Below, in pieces: positions 23,213 through 37,557 of a stretch of DNA of 64,000 nucleotides. The position numbers were made by a program, and so were the translations under genes. The DNA lies in assembly GCA_965153355.1 (NCBI GenBank), contig OZ231126.1, positions 32,364,001 to 32,428,000 of the forward strand, in the 5' to 3' direction. This DNA is from Flaccisagitta enflata (taxonomy: Eukaryota). Positions within the stretch are counted from its first letter, which is position 1. Each line of letters starts with the position of its first letter. The notes under the pieces were generated by a model. That model was not told the DNA's origin, searched no databases, and saw only the letters and a list, made by a program, of their open reading frames with translations.

Positions 23213-25852
23213 TGGGCAGCGGTCCCAAAGGGGACGAAGTCCTGTCGAGAGCTTGGGGGTTTCTGTTGGCTGCAGCTTGGTCCCATCCGAAGATGGGAGT
23301 CGACCCACAACGAAGATGCTGCAGTATCGGGTCGAAATTCGCTGACTTGATTCGCCACCTATCTGGCAAGCGGTTGTATCGCCCTCCTAACCAACCGGTG
23401 CAGTTTGGTGATCGTGTATTCTCTAAGCGACGGGCTATCGCACGAAAATTCAACAAGCAATTTTCTTCGGTTGCGGATCACCGCCATCATCCACTCACGC
23501 GTCGTGTTCTTCGTCGGATTCGCGCACGGAAGCTGAATCGGAGTTATATCCCTTTCAACGACAATGACACTATCGAAGCTATACAGCGTGCTAAGTCGTC
23601 ATCCGCCATCGGCCCTGATGGAATGTCTATGATCCACGTGAAAAACTTTGGTAGTCGAGCCATCTCTTTTCTAACCCACCTATTTAACCTCTCTGTCTCT
23701 ACCTCTGAAATTCCCTCTATCTGGAAGAAAGCCTTAATCGTCCCTGTTCCCAAACCTAATAAGCCCCCCCTTAACTCTAAATCTTACCGCCCTATCTCCC
23801 TCCTCTGCCCTGTCTCTAAAGTCCTCGAACGTCTTGTCCTTCCCCTCATTACCCCTTCTCTCTCCCCTGCCCCCACTCAACATGGCTTCCGCCCTTCCCA
23901 TTCTTGCATAACTGCTCTCCTCCCGACTGTCTCTCGTATCGCCAACGGCTTCAAGGAGCGGAAACCCCCGTTGCGCACCGCCACCGTCTGCATCGACATC
24001 AGCAAGGCCTTCGATGCAGTCAACCACACTCTTCTCCTCGACCAAATCTGCAACACCAACATCAACAACAACCTGTTGCACTGGCTAGCAACCTATCTTC
24101 GCGGTCGTCAGTGCCAAACTGTCTGGCAGGGAGTCTTCTCTCCTTGGCGAAATGTTAAAACCGGTGTGCCCCAAGGCTCCGTGCTGGGGCCCATTCTTTT
24201 CAACTTCTTCGTCAGCAATTGTCCTGTCAGCCAACCATCTTACGCCGACGACTTCTCAATCAGCCACTCTGCGGTTGAGGTGTCTGAATTGGAACGCCTC
24301 CTCCAGCGTGACGTTGACGCGATAGTAGCCTGGGCAAACTCTAAACTTCTTAGTCTGGAGCCATCTAAGTCTACTATCACATTCTTTACGCCGGATAAAG
24401 CGCGCGAAGCTAATTTGCACCCTCAGGTCTTAATGTCTGGCCAACCGATTCCCCTTAGCAAAAACCCTCGTCTACTCGGCGTTCGATTGGATCCTCACTT
24501 TTATTTTGGAGCGCATGTCAAAGACGTTGTCCAATCAGCACGGGGCAAGCTGCGGATTCTTAGATATATCGCCGGCTCCACCTGGGGATGCCAGAAGGAA
24601 ACTCTTGTCACAGCCTATAAGACCTACGTGGCGCCAGTCATCAATTACGCCTCAGCCATCTGGGCTCCTAATGCCAGCGCTTCCTCCTTCCTTGCCCTCC
24701 AACGCATCCAGAACCAAGCCCTGCGCATCGCCACTGGTTGCCATCGCATCACCTCTGTTGATCATCTCCACAACGGAGCGGCTATCATGCCTGTGTCTGA
24801 TCATCTGGAAATGCTCAATTCTCAGTTCCTAGTCAATGCCCTCAAGCCCTCTCATCCTTCGCACGCCGTCGTCACGGCGCCATATGGTCCACGCAGGATG
24901 AAGGCCACCCTTCATTCAAGTTACGCTTCTTCCATCGATCAGCACCTCGCTAATGGCACAATTGACCCTACACAATACAAGTCTATCCTTAAGAACATCC
25001 ACACGTCTTCTGTTGCTGCCTCAATCAACCGCCTTGACGTCAACCCCCGCCTCGGCTCTCGTCCTCCGCCTGTCTCTCCATCTGAGCGTAGGCTGACGAG
25101 AATTCAGCGCACTACTCTGTCACAACTTAGATCTGGTCACTGCCGGCTTGTTCAAGAGTATCGTGTACGTGTTGGGCAGTCCACCTCTGCCGTTTGCCCA
25201 GAATGTAAATTTTGACGCCATGCGGTGGCGCATATCTTCGACTGCGATGCTGCGCCAACCTCTCTATCGATTCGTGATCTTTGGCTCAACCCTGTCTCCG
25301 TCTGCAACTTCTTAACCTCACTCCCTTCTTTTTCCGTCCTCCATGATTTGGCGGCGCCGCCTCCTCCTCCTCCTCCTCCTCCACCTCCTCCTCTCCTTCC
25401 TCCTCCCCCTCGCCCCCACCGGAACCGCCTCCATGATCTATTTGTCGAAGTCTTCTACGCAGCTTTGCTGCCTGGGGCCACAACAACAACAACAACGAAG
25501 TCCTGTTGAACACAGGGGACTTTCGTTCGTTCGTTCGTTCGTTCGTTTGTTCGTTTGTTTGTTTGTCTGTTCGTCTGTTTGTCCGTTCGTCCCCCCCAGG
25601 CCCTCTCAGGCCTGAAATCTGACCTCTCAGGCCTAAAATCGGACCTCTCAGGCCTGAAATCTGCCCTCTCAGGCCTGAAATCTGCCCTCTCAGGCCTGAA
25701 ATCTGTCCTCTCAGGCCTTAGATCTGCCCTCGCAGATTCAAGGCCTGAGGGGGTAGATTTTTGGCCTGAGAGGGCAGATTTTAGGCCTGAGAGGGCCTGG
25801 GGGGTCGGACGGACGGACGGACGAACGAACAAACGAAAGTCCCCTGTGTTCT
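23213..25852 (+). mobile_element. Family B element split by the LINE
   Basis: GGGCAGCGGTCCCAAAGGGGACGAAGTCCTGT resumes after the TSD as TGAACACAGGGG, then (TTCG)n and a 21-bp GGCCTGAAATCTGCCCTCTCA array. Confidence 0.85.
23246..25494 (+). mobile_element. 5'-truncated non-LTR retrotransposon (I/Jockey-group-like): RT, C-terminal CCHC knuckle, (CAA)n tail
   Basis: RT motifs YRPISLL, QHGFR, DISKAFD, GVPQGSVLGP and YADDF; CPECKF*RHAVAHIFDC with one in-frame stop at 25213-25215; 12-bp TSD ACGAAGTCCTGT at 23234-23245 and 25495-25506. Confidence 0.95.
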
Positions 25853-26225
25853 AGAGAAAGAGAAAGAGAAAGAGAAAGAGACAGAGAGAGAGAGAGAGAG
25901 AGAGATGATGATGATGATGATTTTTATATACCACGAGACGAATGTAACACGTCTAAGGGCATCATGGCAGCATGTCAATCATTCCAGTAGTGAATAGATG
26001 TTTCTTCCTCGAGCAAGACAGACAGACAGACAGACACAGAAGAACGGGTAAACAGACAGTTTTGTATTGATGAAATCCGTGTTCGGGCTGCTTTTGTTTG
26101 GTTTCCTTTGGTATTGCGTGAGTCTTTGGATCTTTTGATTGATGTGTAGAAGTGTATGGCGGGAGGGGGAGACAGACAGGCAGACAATCAGTCAGGCAGA
26201 CACAGAATGGGCTCAGACACCAATC

Positions 26226-26274
<49 letters not shown>

Positions 26275-26282
26275 AAGAAAGA

Positions 26283-26351
<69 letters not shown>

Positions 26352-26568
26352 CAGAAGGGGAAAGAAAGAAAGAGGAACAGACGGAGATGTGCGTCTTCCT
26401 GCATCAAGGTTTCCCCCTTGCCGTGCTTTAGACTTCGTCGTCAATTTTCCGCGACTTTCACCGGCTCAGGAGATCTTGACTGCTACAGGCTGACATCCGC
26501 GGATTTCAGCAACGAGACGGCGTTAAGTGTTGATGGCTTCCTCGAAACGTATCCGGAGTCGTCGTCAA

Positions 26569-26637
<69 letters not shown>

Positions 26638-26909
26638 AGTTGTTGTTGTTGTTGTTTCAATGTAGTAGTTCTTGCTCTTCTTTATCGATCGCGATTTGGT
26701 CGTCACCACGTTGTGTTTTCCGTTTGCCGCATCATCGTCGGGACATGAAACAAGAGGGAATGCCAGAACTTAAAGGCGGCAGCATCTGAATTGTCCACTT
26801 GTCCAACAAATACTAACTGCTTTTTCTCACCTTGGAGGAATCGTAGGCGGTCCATCGTAACGAGGATTCATCCATAGTAACATGACGCTGGTAGGTTCCT
26901 TTGTTATCG

Positions 26910-26983
<74 letters not shown>

Positions 26984-27187
26984 ATGGTTGTTGTTGTTGT
27001 TGTTGTTGTTATGGTTGTTGTTGTTGTTGTTCTTTTGTTTTTGCGGTGGTCAGTGCTGTTGTTCTCCGCGAACGTGGCCACAAAGCATCGTCACCGCGTC
27101 GAGGACATGGAAAAGTGTGAGACGCAACTTTATGACGGTAGCATACAGCGTCGACCCATCCAACACATACAACTATCCTTTCCTCAC

Positions 27188-27612
<425 letters not shown>

Positions 27613-27620
<8 letters not shown>

Positions 27621-30480
27621 CTGGCAGCGAAACATCTTTTAAAATTACATCTAAGACGGAAGCATTTTCTCTAATGTGTTTCACATGCGAGTAATCCTCC
27701 AGTAATTTTCCCATTAATGGAGACTGGACCTTCATGCTTTCTAGTCGCTTCTTTGCAAATTCTTTGAGATGGTCTTTGATTTTCCCAAATCCACTGCAAT
27801 CGTGGAGATCGTTAATTGACACATACGCTGGTGTTTTCAAGATAACACGCAACGCTTGATTCTGTATGAGTTGTAGCTTCTGCAAGTGGGTTTCTGCTGC
27901 GCTTATGATGCAAACACTGCAATATTCAAATATGGTACGGATTGTTGCTTTATAGAGAGCCCCCATTACATATGGATTTGGTATGGTTGACAATGCGGAT
28001 ACAGCTCTGAGCAAATTCAGTCGTTTGTATGCCTTTGCTGTAATTTTCTTGATTTGAGGCTCCCACGTTAATCTTGAATCATATTTAACTCCTAAGAAGT
28101 CAGCCTCATTGGAAAGGGGTATTTCTTCGTTAAATAGATTGACAGAGAGACCCTCTTCTTCTTCATCCTTGTGGCGTGGACACTTACTGAAGAGAATAAG
28201 CTTTGACTTTATTGGGCTTAGAGTCACGTACCACCTTCGGCACCATTGTTCAATTTTTGCCACCTCGCCCTGAATAACCCTTAAAGCATCATGAGCTTTT
28301 GATTGTGTAGCCCAGAGACCCACATCGTCTGCAAATTGTGAGCATGACATGCCTGCTAAGTCAAGTGAATCAGTCAGATCGTTTACGAATATTAGATAAA
28401 GTATTGGGGATAAGCATGAACCCTGCGGCGTTCCTGCTTTAAGCTCGACTACCGCTGACCAGATTCCATCAATGAAGACTTTCAAAGTGCGATTGTCGAG
28501 AAATGAGAACAAGATGTTTTTCATTTGACGGGAGAGCCCAATTTTGCCAATCTTATACTTTAGGCCGTTTTTCCAAACAGCATCAAACGCCGCCTTTACA
28601 TCTAGAAACAAGCCTATAGTACATTTTCTTTTCTTGAATCCGTTGTAGATTTCTTGTGTTAGGCGAAGAAGATGTTCTTGGGTAGACCTTCCCTTCACAA
28701 ACCCGGCTTGATTTGGGTTAATGAATTTTAGAGCGTCTAGTTCCTTCAACAGATAGGCATATATGAATCTCTCATAGATTTTTCCTAAGCAAGACAACAA
28801 TGAAATCGGGCGGTAATTGCATGACTGTGTCTTATCTCTCCCGGGTTTTGGTAAAATGCGCACTTTTGCCTCTTTCCATACTTTCGGAAAAATGTTGCTT
28901 GCTAGACATTGGTTAATAATGTTGCAGAATATTTGTTTTGATTTCTTCGAGCACAACTTCATAAGATCATAGCTAATTCCATCTTCCCCTGGTGATGAAT
29001 TTGTTTTCGTTTCACTGAGTAATCTTTCAAATTGCGGAATGTAGATTTTTCCCAATGAATTTGAATCAGTCTGTCGAGGCTCATTACAGATTTCATCGTC
29101 GACTTTCTTCTTAAATGCCGCATCAAAATGGGGGCTTTCAGGTGTTTGGTGCACTGAGTGTAAATATCGGGCAAACTCGTCACATTTTTCTTTCTTATTA
29201 CCAGTCAGCTCGCCATCTGGTTTTGTAAGAGGCGCCTCTGGTTCTTCGAAACTTTTATTCTTGTTCTTGTAATTGTTAAAAGCTTTCCACATATCATATG
29301 TACTACTTGAATTGCATATCTTTTCACACAGTTTTTGCTTTTCCCGCTCATCAAACTCCTTGATTTGGTTTTGAATGCGGTGATTGAGTCTATTGATTAT
29401 TTTGCTTAAGACCTTTTGGCTGATTACACTTGTTGCCTTTTTCCTGCTCTTTGACACAGTTTTTCTCAGTTGAATATTTTGTCGAATTTCCAAAGGAAGG
29501 ATTCTCTTGTATTTGCAAATGACTGTCCTTGTGCATAAATTCTTTGCCTCGGTAATTAGATTATTCAAATTACTTATGTTTTCATCTATACTGGCAGATG
29601 TAACAAAGTTTTCCAGCTTCGTGTCCACGCATTGTGCCCATAAAGCCAAATTTGTCTTTGTTTTTTGTATTGGCTTAACACGGAATGTCAGATTGGTAAC
29701 CACAGGCAGATGATCAGACCCAACGTCATCTCCAACGTAACAAGACTCAACAAGACGACTCCCAGCTTCATCAGCCATGACCATGTCTAGGATATTAGCT
29801 TGGCCAGTGGAACTACTGTAGTAAGTGGGCGAGTGCAAGTGGAAGTAAATAAGGTTCTCATGATTCACCGCTTGCAAAAACTTGATCCCAAATTCATTTG
29901 TTGTTCGAGAGCCAAAGGATGTGTGTGGACAATTAAAGTCACCAACTAGGAATCCTCCCACTGACTTGCCATTGAATGAAACATTTTTAAAATGTGAAAA
30001 GATGCATTGGGGGAAGTGATTTTTCGGATGATTATAAACACAAACAAGCTTGATTGGGCAGATACCTTGATCAGGAGGGAGAAGAATTACCGAAATTGCT
30101 TCAAACGGTTTTCCAGATGTTGAAATTGGGACTCTTAGACATGACCACTTTTTCGGTATGATTAGGGCGACCCCGCCAGCAGTTGCCATTTCTGTATTGT
30201 ATTCTTTGTCACATCTTAACATGGTGAAATCTGCTATTTCTCCTATTTCTGTATCTTTCTTCAGTCGAGTGTCAGAAAGAGCTAAAACACAATTTTTCCC
30301 TTGTTCATTTAAGAATCTCCTTATTTCTGCTTCTCGTGATCTGAATCCATTTACATTGAGGGATATAACCTTTACTTTGTCATTGAATGTTTTCCTCTTG
30401 GCTTGTCCTATTTGGTAAAGATGACCAGACGATTGGCGACCTTTTCTCTGCCGCGATCTTGTCCCAGACTGTTGGAGCAC
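27613..30480 (-). CDS. LINE ORF2: APE endonuclease plus reverse transcriptase (Jockey/I-group)
   Basis: 955 aa uninterrupted; APE motifs LNVNG, GGVAL, GDFN and SDHLPV; RT motifs YRPISLL, DVKAAFD, GTPQGSCLSP and FADD; Jockey-like C-terminus LQLIQNQALR. Confidence 0.95.
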
Positions 30481-30812
30481 GATGATTCTGCAGGGAGAGA
30501 GCGTCGACGCAGGTTCGAGCTAAATCTCGACTGTCGCTTTCCTTTAGGGGCTCGCCCGTCGCAATCATTTCCTTCAAAGCCCCAACCAGCATTTGGATGC
30601 ACAGAGAGAGCGCCTCTACTAGTGATTCCTTCTCAATCTGAGAGGTGGCTTGCATGGTATTCGATTTCATGGGCGGAAATTCACTTGGAAACAATTCCTC
30701 TTGCTGCTTCTGCTGCTGCTGCTGCTGTTGGTCTTGACGTTGAATGCGCGATTGTTGCGGTGGATGTATAATTTGATCCGGTGGAAGTGGACGCGGATGC
30801 TGCAATTGTTGC

Positions 30813-30847
<35 letters not shown>

Positions 30848-32401
30848 CTGCTGCTGCCGGCGCTTTTCCTTCTCCACCCGTACTGCTTCTTTAAAGGCAG
30901 GGCAGCCTCTATAGGTTGCCACATGGCAGGCGCCACAGTTGCTGCAGAGGGGATTTCCTTCTTTTGGGCAATCTTTCACTCTGTGATCGCCACTACAACG
31001 AACACATTTTTGCTTTGGAGCGGTACATTCCCAGAAGTGGTGATTGAACGATTGACAGCGATAGCATTGTATTATTTCAGGGTCAGGCTGGTACTCCACG
31101 ATCTTAGTGAAACGCTGGCAATACATGACCAGACCATCTCTTATAAGCCTGTCTTTCTGCTCCTTGGAGGAGAAATTAACTTTGACAATCGTCGATTTTT
31201 CCTGACTCCCTTTAACATTGAACCTCTCCACTGACTTAGGATGCAGATCATTATCAACCAGATGCTGTTGTATTTCCGCTTCTGTAATTGATTTTGGCAT
31301 GCCGAGTATAAGAACCGGCTGATCAATGGATTTCTCTTGAGGCAACATCGGCGTTATTTTTCCATGGACGGCGTGGACAGGCCACTCCTGGCGTAGGATG
31401 CTGTAGTCGCGTGGAGATGCGCCTACTACGCTGATATCGCCAGACTGCATTACTCGAATTTCCCGGATTGACGCCTCCGGCTTCAAGGACTGGAGAATCG
31501 TCGCCAATTCCTTTGGATTCTTCTTGACGTTGGTTGGGATGCTATTTTTCAGTGTAAGCGGCATGATATTATAGGAAACCTTTTCCCCACCATCGTCGCG
31601 GCTTTCACAAACACTACCACCCACAAATCCAACTCCACCTCCGCTTTCACCGCCACTCCCTTCACCGCCACTCCCTTCACCGCCACTTCCTCTGCTGCAG
31701 CCACCGCCGCCCCCACCTCCTCCATTGCAGTCACCGCATCCGACAGCGCACTCATTGCTGCTGTTGCTACTGTTGTGGTTGACGTCATCTTTGGCGTTCT
31801 TGTTGTTTTTATTGGCGCTTTTGTTTTTGTTGTTTTTTCCTTTGGCGTTGTTCTTGGCTTTGTCGTCATTGTCGTCTTCCTCGTCATCATTGGCGCTTTT
31901 ATTCGTGTTGCTTTTTCCTTTAGCTTTGTTTTTGACTTCGCTGTCGCTTGTTTCATCATCGCTGTCTTCCTCGTCATCCTTTGCTTGATCACCTCTGATT
32001 TCCTTTGCGATTATTTCGATGATATCGAGAAGAGCCAAATTTGCGAAATCCGGGGCTTTTTTGCTTTTTCCCCCTTTCTGCCATTGAACATTGATTTTAC
32101 CGGTCGAGTACAATTCCAGATGAGCCCCTTGGAAGCCCGTCACGGTTGTTAGATCGAATTGCCTCCCGTTGTTTATGTCTTTTTTTGTCACACCCATTCC
32201 TTCGAGAGAATTACTTACAGCATCAACTGCCTTTGGGTCGACATACAGACCAATTGGCGCATTTTCCGACTTGTCGATGTTCCATTGGTAGACAAAGATT
32301 GATCCTTTGGCAAATTTGTTAACGCCTTTTATAAACTGCTTTGCACTTTCCTCCTCAATTTGATTCTCTTTTATCTCCGGAGGCTTGCGTTGAGGCGCCA
32401 T
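30380..32401 (-). CDS. LINE ORF1: Gag-like protein with three CCHC knuckles
   Basis: 673 aa from ATG; CYRCQSFNHHFWEC, CVRCSGDHRVKDC and CSNCGACHVATYRGC; overlaps ORF2 by about 100 nt. Confidence 0.93.
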
Positions 32402-32644
32402 TTTCTACAATTTTGCGTTTCCGTGTATGCGAGTTATCAGTTTTACGCGTAAATTCTTTGAATCGACGGCTCTCAGCGAAAAAGATAGTTTATTCGAGAT
32501 GGCTTGGCGTCAGACGTGCGTCAGCTTTACTAAGAATGAGCATTTACAAGAAATAAAACCAAAGAAGAAGGAAAAAGAGTGAAAACAATAAAATTGACTC
32601 TCGTTATTATTGCAGGATGCGTCTATACGGTAGCAGCACAATCT

Positions 32645-32726
<82 letters not shown>

Positions 32727-32734
32727 AGATAGCT

Positions 32735-32800
<66 letters not shown>

Positions 32801-33140
32801 GGAGAGACGAAATGGAGAGACGAGACAGAGAGACGAGACAGAGAGACAGAGAACACCAAGAAGCTATTTGCATACTGCTGACTATACAAAGGAAAAGTGA
32901 GTTTCACTGGATTTGGATACAAAAACAAGTTCGACCCTAGAAGGCAGAACGACACATCTTACCAAGGAGTAAGAAAACTTTTGAAATTACATGATAGTCT
33001 GGCCAGTGACGATTTGCACTGTACTGGGAGAATCAGGACTAAATGGGGTTTTGATCAAAGCTGCAAATCTGAAAAAACTGGAAACGTGGAGGTGGGAGGG
33101 ACGTTGACCGGCGTTCAGCAGTGAAGATGAAAACCAAGGC

Positions 33141-33761
33141 TTGGGTGGGTTGGGTGGTTGGTGGGATTTTTTATTGGTCGTTGGTGATTTTGATGCACGG
33201 TGTTGGTGTTTTAGGTGGGTTGGGTGGTTGGTGGGATTTTTTATTGGTCGTTGGTGATTTTGATGCACGGTGTTGGTGTTTTAGGTGGGTTGGTTGGTTG
33301 GTGGGATTTTATATTGGTCGTTGGTGATTTTGATGCACGGTGTTGGTGTTTTAGGTGGGTTGGTTGGTTGGTGGGATTTTTTATTGGTCGTTGGTGATTT
33401 TGATGCAGTGTTGGTGTTTTAGGGTGGGTTGGTTTGGTTGGTGGGATTTATATTGGTCGTTGGTGATTTTGATGCACGGTGTTGGTGTTTTAGGTGGGTT
33501 GGTTGGTTGGTGGGATTTTATATTGGTCGTTGGTGATTTTGATGCACGGTGTTGGTGTTTTAGGTGGGTTGGTTGGTTGGTGGGATTTTATATTGGTCGT
33601 TGGTGATTTTGATGCACGGTGTTGGTGTTTTAGGTGGGTTGGTTGGTTGGTGGGATTTTATATTGGTCGTTGGTGATTTTGATGCACGGTGTAGGTGTTT
33701 TAGGTGGGTTGGTTGGTTGGTGGGATTTTATATTGGTCGTTGGTGATTTTGATGCACGGTG
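33141..33761. repeat. 70-bp minisatellite, about 9 near-identical copies, G/T-rich on the + strand
   Basis: GATTTTGATGCAC recurs every 69-70 bp. Confidence 0.95.
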
Positions 33762-33769
33762 CTCCGTCC

Positions 33770-34725
33770 CCTCCTGACTCAGATCCTGGCCTAAATCCCA
33801 GTCTACCGGCCCAGATACCAGCCTTGAGGTCCAAAACCCAGCCTCGCACCCAATTTCCATCCTTGAGGCCTAAATCCCATGCCCAAGACTTTAATCCGAT
33901 CTTCTTGGACCAAATTTCAGCCTTAAGGCCCAAATCTCAGCCTCAAGGCACAGATCCCAGCCTTGAGGCCCAAATTCAAGCCTCAAGCCCAACTTCTAGC
34001 CTCAAGGTCAAAATCCAGCCTCAAGGCACATATCTCAGCTCAAATGATCAAGTCCTAACCGCTAGAAGTATCATCTGTCCAACAATGATTGTCAAGTTTT
34101 CTCAAGTATAGTTCACATAAATTTTCATACTTTTCCCGAATTTGATTGCTTATTCACAGATCTATTACAACTTGACCACTGACCAACAACACCAAAGTAT
34201 CAATTTTTCTACACCTTTGTTTTAAATTTCTAAAACCTTCATTTTTCAGAATTCAATCAAAAGCCATGGGCAATTTTAAAAACTTTTCATAAATAAACTT
34301 TTTAGTCGCGAAATACGTATCTGATTATCTATGTTTATACAGATTTATAGAGGTTCATACTAATTTGAAGTAAATGAGGTTTTCTGGTAATTTTGCAGTG
34401 ATCCCCATAGAAAATGTTTCTAAGGTTTTTAATCATATTTGGTTTAGCATTAAGCAATTCAGGTAAGATTCATGAGCAAAATGAAAAATCTTTAATACTC
34501 TAACTGGGGGAAAAATTTGATTAAAGTTGCTAATTTGCATTTAGATTTGACAGTTGATCTTTTGACAATAATTGTGGGGCAGGTGTTAGGAGAAAATTTG
34601 TGCGTAATTTGTGGGAAAGCAAAGGTCATTGACCCCTTTGGAGCCACTGCCCAACTCTCTCCCGCACAACCTCCTAAGGCAGGGCATAGGTATCGCTGAC
34701 CATCTAATGCTTTTGCGACTATTAT
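33770..34725 (+). mobile_element. Degenerate family B element (21-bp array plus tail)
   Basis: GAGGCCCAAATCCCAGCCT-type units at 33780-34045; GCAGGGCATAGGTATCGCTGACCATCTAATGCTTTTGCGACT tail near 34680-34720. Confidence 0.6.
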
Positions 34726-34783
34726 TGGTCTGTCTTATGTCTGCATATCTCTAATTCTATAATCCTATAATTCTATCATCTAG

Positions 34784-34901
34784 CATTTGCTGATGGATGG
34801 ACGTTAGTGCTGAAGCATAACTTCACAGTGCCTGAATCATCACAATTCAAAGATGGTCTGTGGATTAATTATCGCAATGGATTTGGTTCATCTATACAAA
34901 A
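34784..34901 (+). CDS. Fibrinogen-related domain, first exon (FADGWTLVLKH…WINYRNGFGSSIQ)
   Basis: tag| acceptor and |gtatgt donor; the GWT and WxxYxxGFG FReD motifs; its phase-2 end joins the exon at 39544 to give GFGSSIQKIFWLGLEK. Confidence 0.9.
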
Positions 34902-35085
34902 GTATGTGCAATGTGATTGATTTGATGGAATGATATTGCCAAATGTCGGAAAGAACTCTGACAATGATCTGATGATATGGAACAAACATGCATCAAGCAT
35001 TAGCAGTAAAAAGACTGTTGTACTTTTCAGTCAGTTGAATCCACATCTTGTCAATACATACACATTCATCTAAGAATGCAAGCTT

Positions 35086-35206
<121 letters not shown>

Positions 35207-37557
35207 AGATCATCGACACTAGCTAAAAACCAATTGGTTTTCAAAAGTTTCGTTTCCATCAAATGTCTTCTTTTAAGTTTCGACATCGTCACTGCTAAAT
35301 GTCGTTACCGTCATGCCATTTCCGTTTTGTTTCTGCAGTATGCAGCAGACTGTAAGACATGTTCTTGGTTCTCATTCAGTCTTAGTTTATATATGGCGAA
35401 TGTCACGGTTCCACAGCATGCTGGAAAGCTCGACTTTCTACCAATCTACGTTAGCCCAAGCTTCAGATACATCATTGTAGACGGATCGGATTGTTCAAAT
35501 ACATTCATAACTACCCACTGCACAATTCCAAACCATTTTTTGTGACCCTACCTTCTCCTAGGGGGTCCAAAAATATGATCAAAGGGCTATTTTTGGCATG
35601 TCTCCATTCTGTCTCCAGTAGAAAAAAGCAAGCAAAACCAATCAAAAAATGTCTTATCATATGCTATTATAAGTTTTCAACAAGCAGTATCAATCCCACA
35701 GGGTACACAAAAAAATTCAACTCATTACGCGAACAATAAGTTACCAAAAAATGGTATACAATTCAAATTTACCACCCCTCAATTTTTTTTGCTTTTTTTC
35801 TATCGACCCTGAATATTATGATATTTATTTTTTTCAACCTCCCTTTTCTTCAACATTAAGCATTTTTTCTTTTGCCATTCGATGGAACACTACTTCAAGG
35901 ACTTCCCCCTCCATTTTCATGTTATTGCGTTGATCCTAAGTGGATAGATATCATTTTTCGTGGAGCGTATCAATTCGCGCACACCCCCAAACTTATTCCT
36001 AACGCTTACCTAACGCTTTAGATATGCCACTCTGGTGTCAAAGTGACACAATTTACATAAAATCTGACCACACCATGTGAAAGAGCGTGAAATTTTGATT
36101 CTATCCTGATAAATTGAAATCTTAACTCAACAGCGTTTAGTCACAATGAAAATTTACATTTTGCTGGTCCTCGAAGTGTGAACAGAATTGATACGCCCAT
36201 TGGACGATCATCGTAGTTATTTTCTTCTTAGCGGAGGTCAAGATTTTGCTGATTTTGAAGAAAAAAAAAGACAATTTGTCCAATTTACACAAATGTCTAT
36301 ATCTCTAAAACCCTAAGAGCTACACACATGATTTTTTGCGGGAAATCAGGTATAACAAAAAGGAATCATGAAAAAAAAATTGGTATTCTGAAGATGAGTC
36401 CAACCAGCCCAACCAGCCCAACTAACCTACCAGATGAAAAATTGAAAAAGTTGCATATTTTTTGAATGAGTCATCCGATTTGGCTGAAATTTTGCATGGA
36501 AGTTCTTGAAGAGTATCTACATTACTGGTATTAAGAAGAGCTTGGCGGTAAGAAATTCTGCTGCACTGCCCAACCAACCAAAAATGGTGCTTATAGAGAT
36601 TTTCGGAAAATTCATGAAATTTCGATTTTTTTTAGGGAATCATCCTCAAACTGTTGCGTAAAACATAATTTAGAAAAAAATATTCTTGTCTTGATTTTAT
36701 TACTACAACAAGCTTATTTTTGTAATGATTTGTGTACAAAATGTGTATAATTAAGCTTAATTTGCATGAAAAATGAGCTCAGTTAAGAAAATTCTTCTAA
36801 GGATTCATAATTGTTACTTCATCAGCTGTACAATTATGCATAGTTTTGCTGAATTTGAATCATTAAAGAAATGGCTAATTCTAACCCTGCCCACTTGCCG
36901 TTCCTCGACATTTGCCATATGTTACTGATATATGCTTCGCGTATTAACAAAGGTTGTATAAATGAAGTAATGAATTGATGGATGGATGAATGAATGAATG
37001 AATGAATGAATGAATGGATGAATGAATGAATGAATGAATGAGTGAATGAATGAAAGAATGCGCTTGTAACATTTTTCCTTTTTGTGAGAAACAATTTAGT
37101 AATTAAATGGTGTTATTCTCTTTTTAGTCAAGAAATTTCTATGCATCACTGCCCCTGCCTTGCCACATAACAGCCCCTGCTCTATCATGCTTCTGTCCAT
37201 CCTCATAACTGCCCCTGCCAACACGCAAGCGACTACTAATTGGCCGTGTATCCTGCATTGCTTAAAAGCCTCATTAAAGGATTATCTCCAACAAAAGAAA
37301 ACAAGGCAAAGTAGGCTATCATAGGCGCCATTAAGATAGTAGAATGAAAGCGTTTCCAACTGACCAACCAACCAACAAAACAACCAACAGACACAACCTT
37401 TTAAAGACATGCTTTTCGCGCAAAAAAAGAATTTGTTGTAAGAGAAAAAATAGCGATATTGATGGGGTCACCATCCCTACACCCTAGAACACCCTTATTG
37501 TAAACAAGGATAGAAGCAAACAGACTAGGAGAGAATCTTGACAGTGAGCAAGAAAAA

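Noticed and set aside
23173-23245. Annotated start of the 680-aa RT ORF
   Set aside because: It lies outside the TSD-bounded LINE, so the frame is open through host repeat sequence by chance
32897-33124. 75-aa ORF upstream of the minisatellite
   Set aside because: No recognisable motif and no convincing splice boundaries
33141-33761. CRISPR-like regular array
   Set aside because: The units are identical along their whole length with no unique spacers, there are no cas genes, and the context is eukaryotic
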